Part shown: one piece after another, positions 35,053-36,174 of the stretch
How the letters are laid out: each line of letters starts with the position of its first letter
Position numbering within the stretch: position 1 is the first letter of the stretch
DNA from: a virus
Lineage: Duplodnaviria; Caudoviricetes
DNA length: 36,174 nucleotides
Strand: one strand, 5' to 3'
Virus record (IMG/VR): IMGVR_UViG_3300031949_000111
Coordinates: 1 to 36,174 of that record
Program-made: the position numbers and the translations under genes
The notes under the pieces: generated by a model
Databases searched by the model: none
What the model saw: only the letters and a program-made list of their open reading frames with translations
What the model was told of the DNA's origin: nothing

Positions 35053-35732
35053 CTGCGCACCGTGCAGGTAGCCGTCCCCTCGAAGGTGAAGGGGCAAAAG
35101 GGCTGCTTTCCATCTACGTCCTGGAAGCCCGTCAGCAACCACTTCGCGGCGTCCCCGTCCACCTCGAAGATGGCAGTCCAGTACTCGACATTGCCGCAGT
35201 ACTTCTTGGTCACCAGCTGCGCCTTGTTCGTCGACGTCTCCAAGAACCAGAGATCGCAACCCACGTCCCAGGTCAGGAAGAGCCTGCCAGCCATCTGTCC
35301 CGTGCCTCGCCGTTCTATGATTGTGCCGGTCCTCGCTTGAGGAGGTTCGTTAACCCGGGGAGGGCACATGAACGTCTTGATCCCCACGTACGTCCAGGTA
35401 CAAGCGAAAGGATCGAAGACCTTTGCGTCCTGCGCGATAACGGTATCCGGCGGCGCAACGGCGTCGGCCACTGCTTCTTGCCCCAAATCGACCATCCACG
35501 AATCGATCGTCTGAAGGATATCGAGAACACTTGCATCCGGTTTCGGCGCTTCAGAACCTTGCTGATCGATAGCTGCTCCACCATCTGGCATTGCACCGAC
35601 ACTAGGCGGCAAAGGCGCTGTGTGTGCATCTTGCTCACTCCCCTGATAGGGCACGAAGAGGAACCCGTCATTTGACGGCCCACAAGACGCGAAGAAAAGA
35701 AGGAGCATGATTCGAAGCAGCATGACAATCAC
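35049..35732 (-). CDS. Putative lipoprotein
   Basis: Signal MLLRIMLLLFFASC with lipobox-like Cys, Asp/Ala/Pro linker, beta-rich C-domain. Confidence 0.6.
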   Translation of the reverse strand: MIVMLLRIMLLLFFASCGPSNDGFLFVPYQGSEQDAHTAPLPPSVGAMPDGGAAIDQQGSEAPKPDASVLDILQTIDSWMVDLGQEAVADAVAPPDTVIAQDAKVFDPFACTWTYVGIKTFMCPPRVNEPPQARTGTIIERRGTGQMAGRLFLTWDVGCDLWFLETSTNKAQLVTKKYCGNVEYWTAIFEVDGDAAKWLLTGFQDVDGKQPFCPFTFEGTATCTVRR

Positions 35733-35737
35733 CTCAA

Positions 35738-35959
35738 CTATTGTCCTCTGGATCCTGGATCTTCAGCGGGGTCCATTTTGCTCTGTCTAACCGCTCTCAT
35801 GACATCTTGGTTCTTCGCCTTTACCTCCGCGTAGAACGCACGCCGTTGCTGACGGTTCATCTTGAATGGGGGATCGTTGGGGTGTTGCCCGTTCTTTTTT
35901 TCCAAGTTTTTCAACTTGGCCAAGTGTATGGGATCAACAGTGCGATGGAGTCGTCTCAT
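35738..35959 (-). CDS. Hypothetical basic protein
   Basis: GAGGAG RBS; contains MNRQQRRA motif common in phage small proteins. Confidence 0.6.
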   Translation of the reverse strand: MRRLHRTVDPIHLAKLKNLEKKNGQHPNDPPFKMNRQQRRAFYAEVKAKNQDVMRAVRQSKMDPAEDPGSRGQ

Positions 35960-35964
35960 ACTCC

Positions 35965-36174
35965 TCAGAACAATGATGTCTGCCGCTGCACGAACTCCAC
36001 GCCTTCAAGCAACGCCAAAGCTTCCTCCTTGTCACGCTTACGCTCTTCAATCGAAGTCGAGTCGAGGATACGGATGTTTCCCAAGGTGCCCGTGAAGGGG
36101 GGGGTCCATATCATCCAAGCGTACTCCGCTGAGTCGCTACCCTCACCACGGAACGATGGCCGATCGGGGAGCTG
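35965..36174 (-). CDS. C-terminal part of a probable DNA methyltransferase (truncated by window edge)
   Basis: Open frame QLPDRPSFRGEGSDSAEYAWMIWTPP...QTSLF*; RPSF...DS..YAW.IW resembles C-termini of small phage adenine methyltransferases. Confidence 0.5.
   Translation of the reverse strand, partial: QLPDRPSFRGEGSDSAEYAWMIWTPPFTGTLGNIRILDSTSIEERKRDKEEALALLEGVEFVQRQTSLF

Noticed and set aside
36097-36104. G8 tract in the partial methyltransferase as a phase-variation switch
   Set aside because: Only 8 nt, in frame, near the 3' end of a GC-rich gene; no evidence of variation.

Overview
The window is a GC-rich segment of a tailed dsDNA phage or prophage with a contractile (myovirus-type) tail. 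On the minus strand, read right to left, it carries: small accessory genes (including a sigma70 region-4-like HTH protein), putative terminase small subunit, terminase large subunit, portal, a HAD-family hydrolase, MuF-like head morphogenesis protein, several head-region microproteins, decoration-like protein, scaffold, major capsid, head-tail connectors, tail sheath, tail tube, tail assembly chaperone with a U UUU UUA -1 frameshift site, tape measure, LysM-like tail initiator, baseplate hub and a spike that runs off the left edge. The head module is split between portal and MuF by a ~9.5 kb divergently transcribed accessory island (17078-26623). The island has five near-identical sigma70-type promoters (TTATTGTG-TTGACA-N11-GTG-NN-TAKAMT), a DUF3560-methyltransferase fusion, LPD29-like and DUF6283-like genes, and an HNH-like gene. 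It ends in a ribbon-helix-helix / zeta-toxin kinase / small partner module followed by a 165-nt CTAG-bounded, highly structured element. Other notable items are three tandem microproteins sharing HGxYK...PFxxG motifs, a two-position variable 9-bp repeat gene, and apparent leaderless late promoters. All product calls come from motif recognition and synteny by eye; no database searches were run. No integrase, reverse transcriptase, tRNA or CRISPR array was seen.
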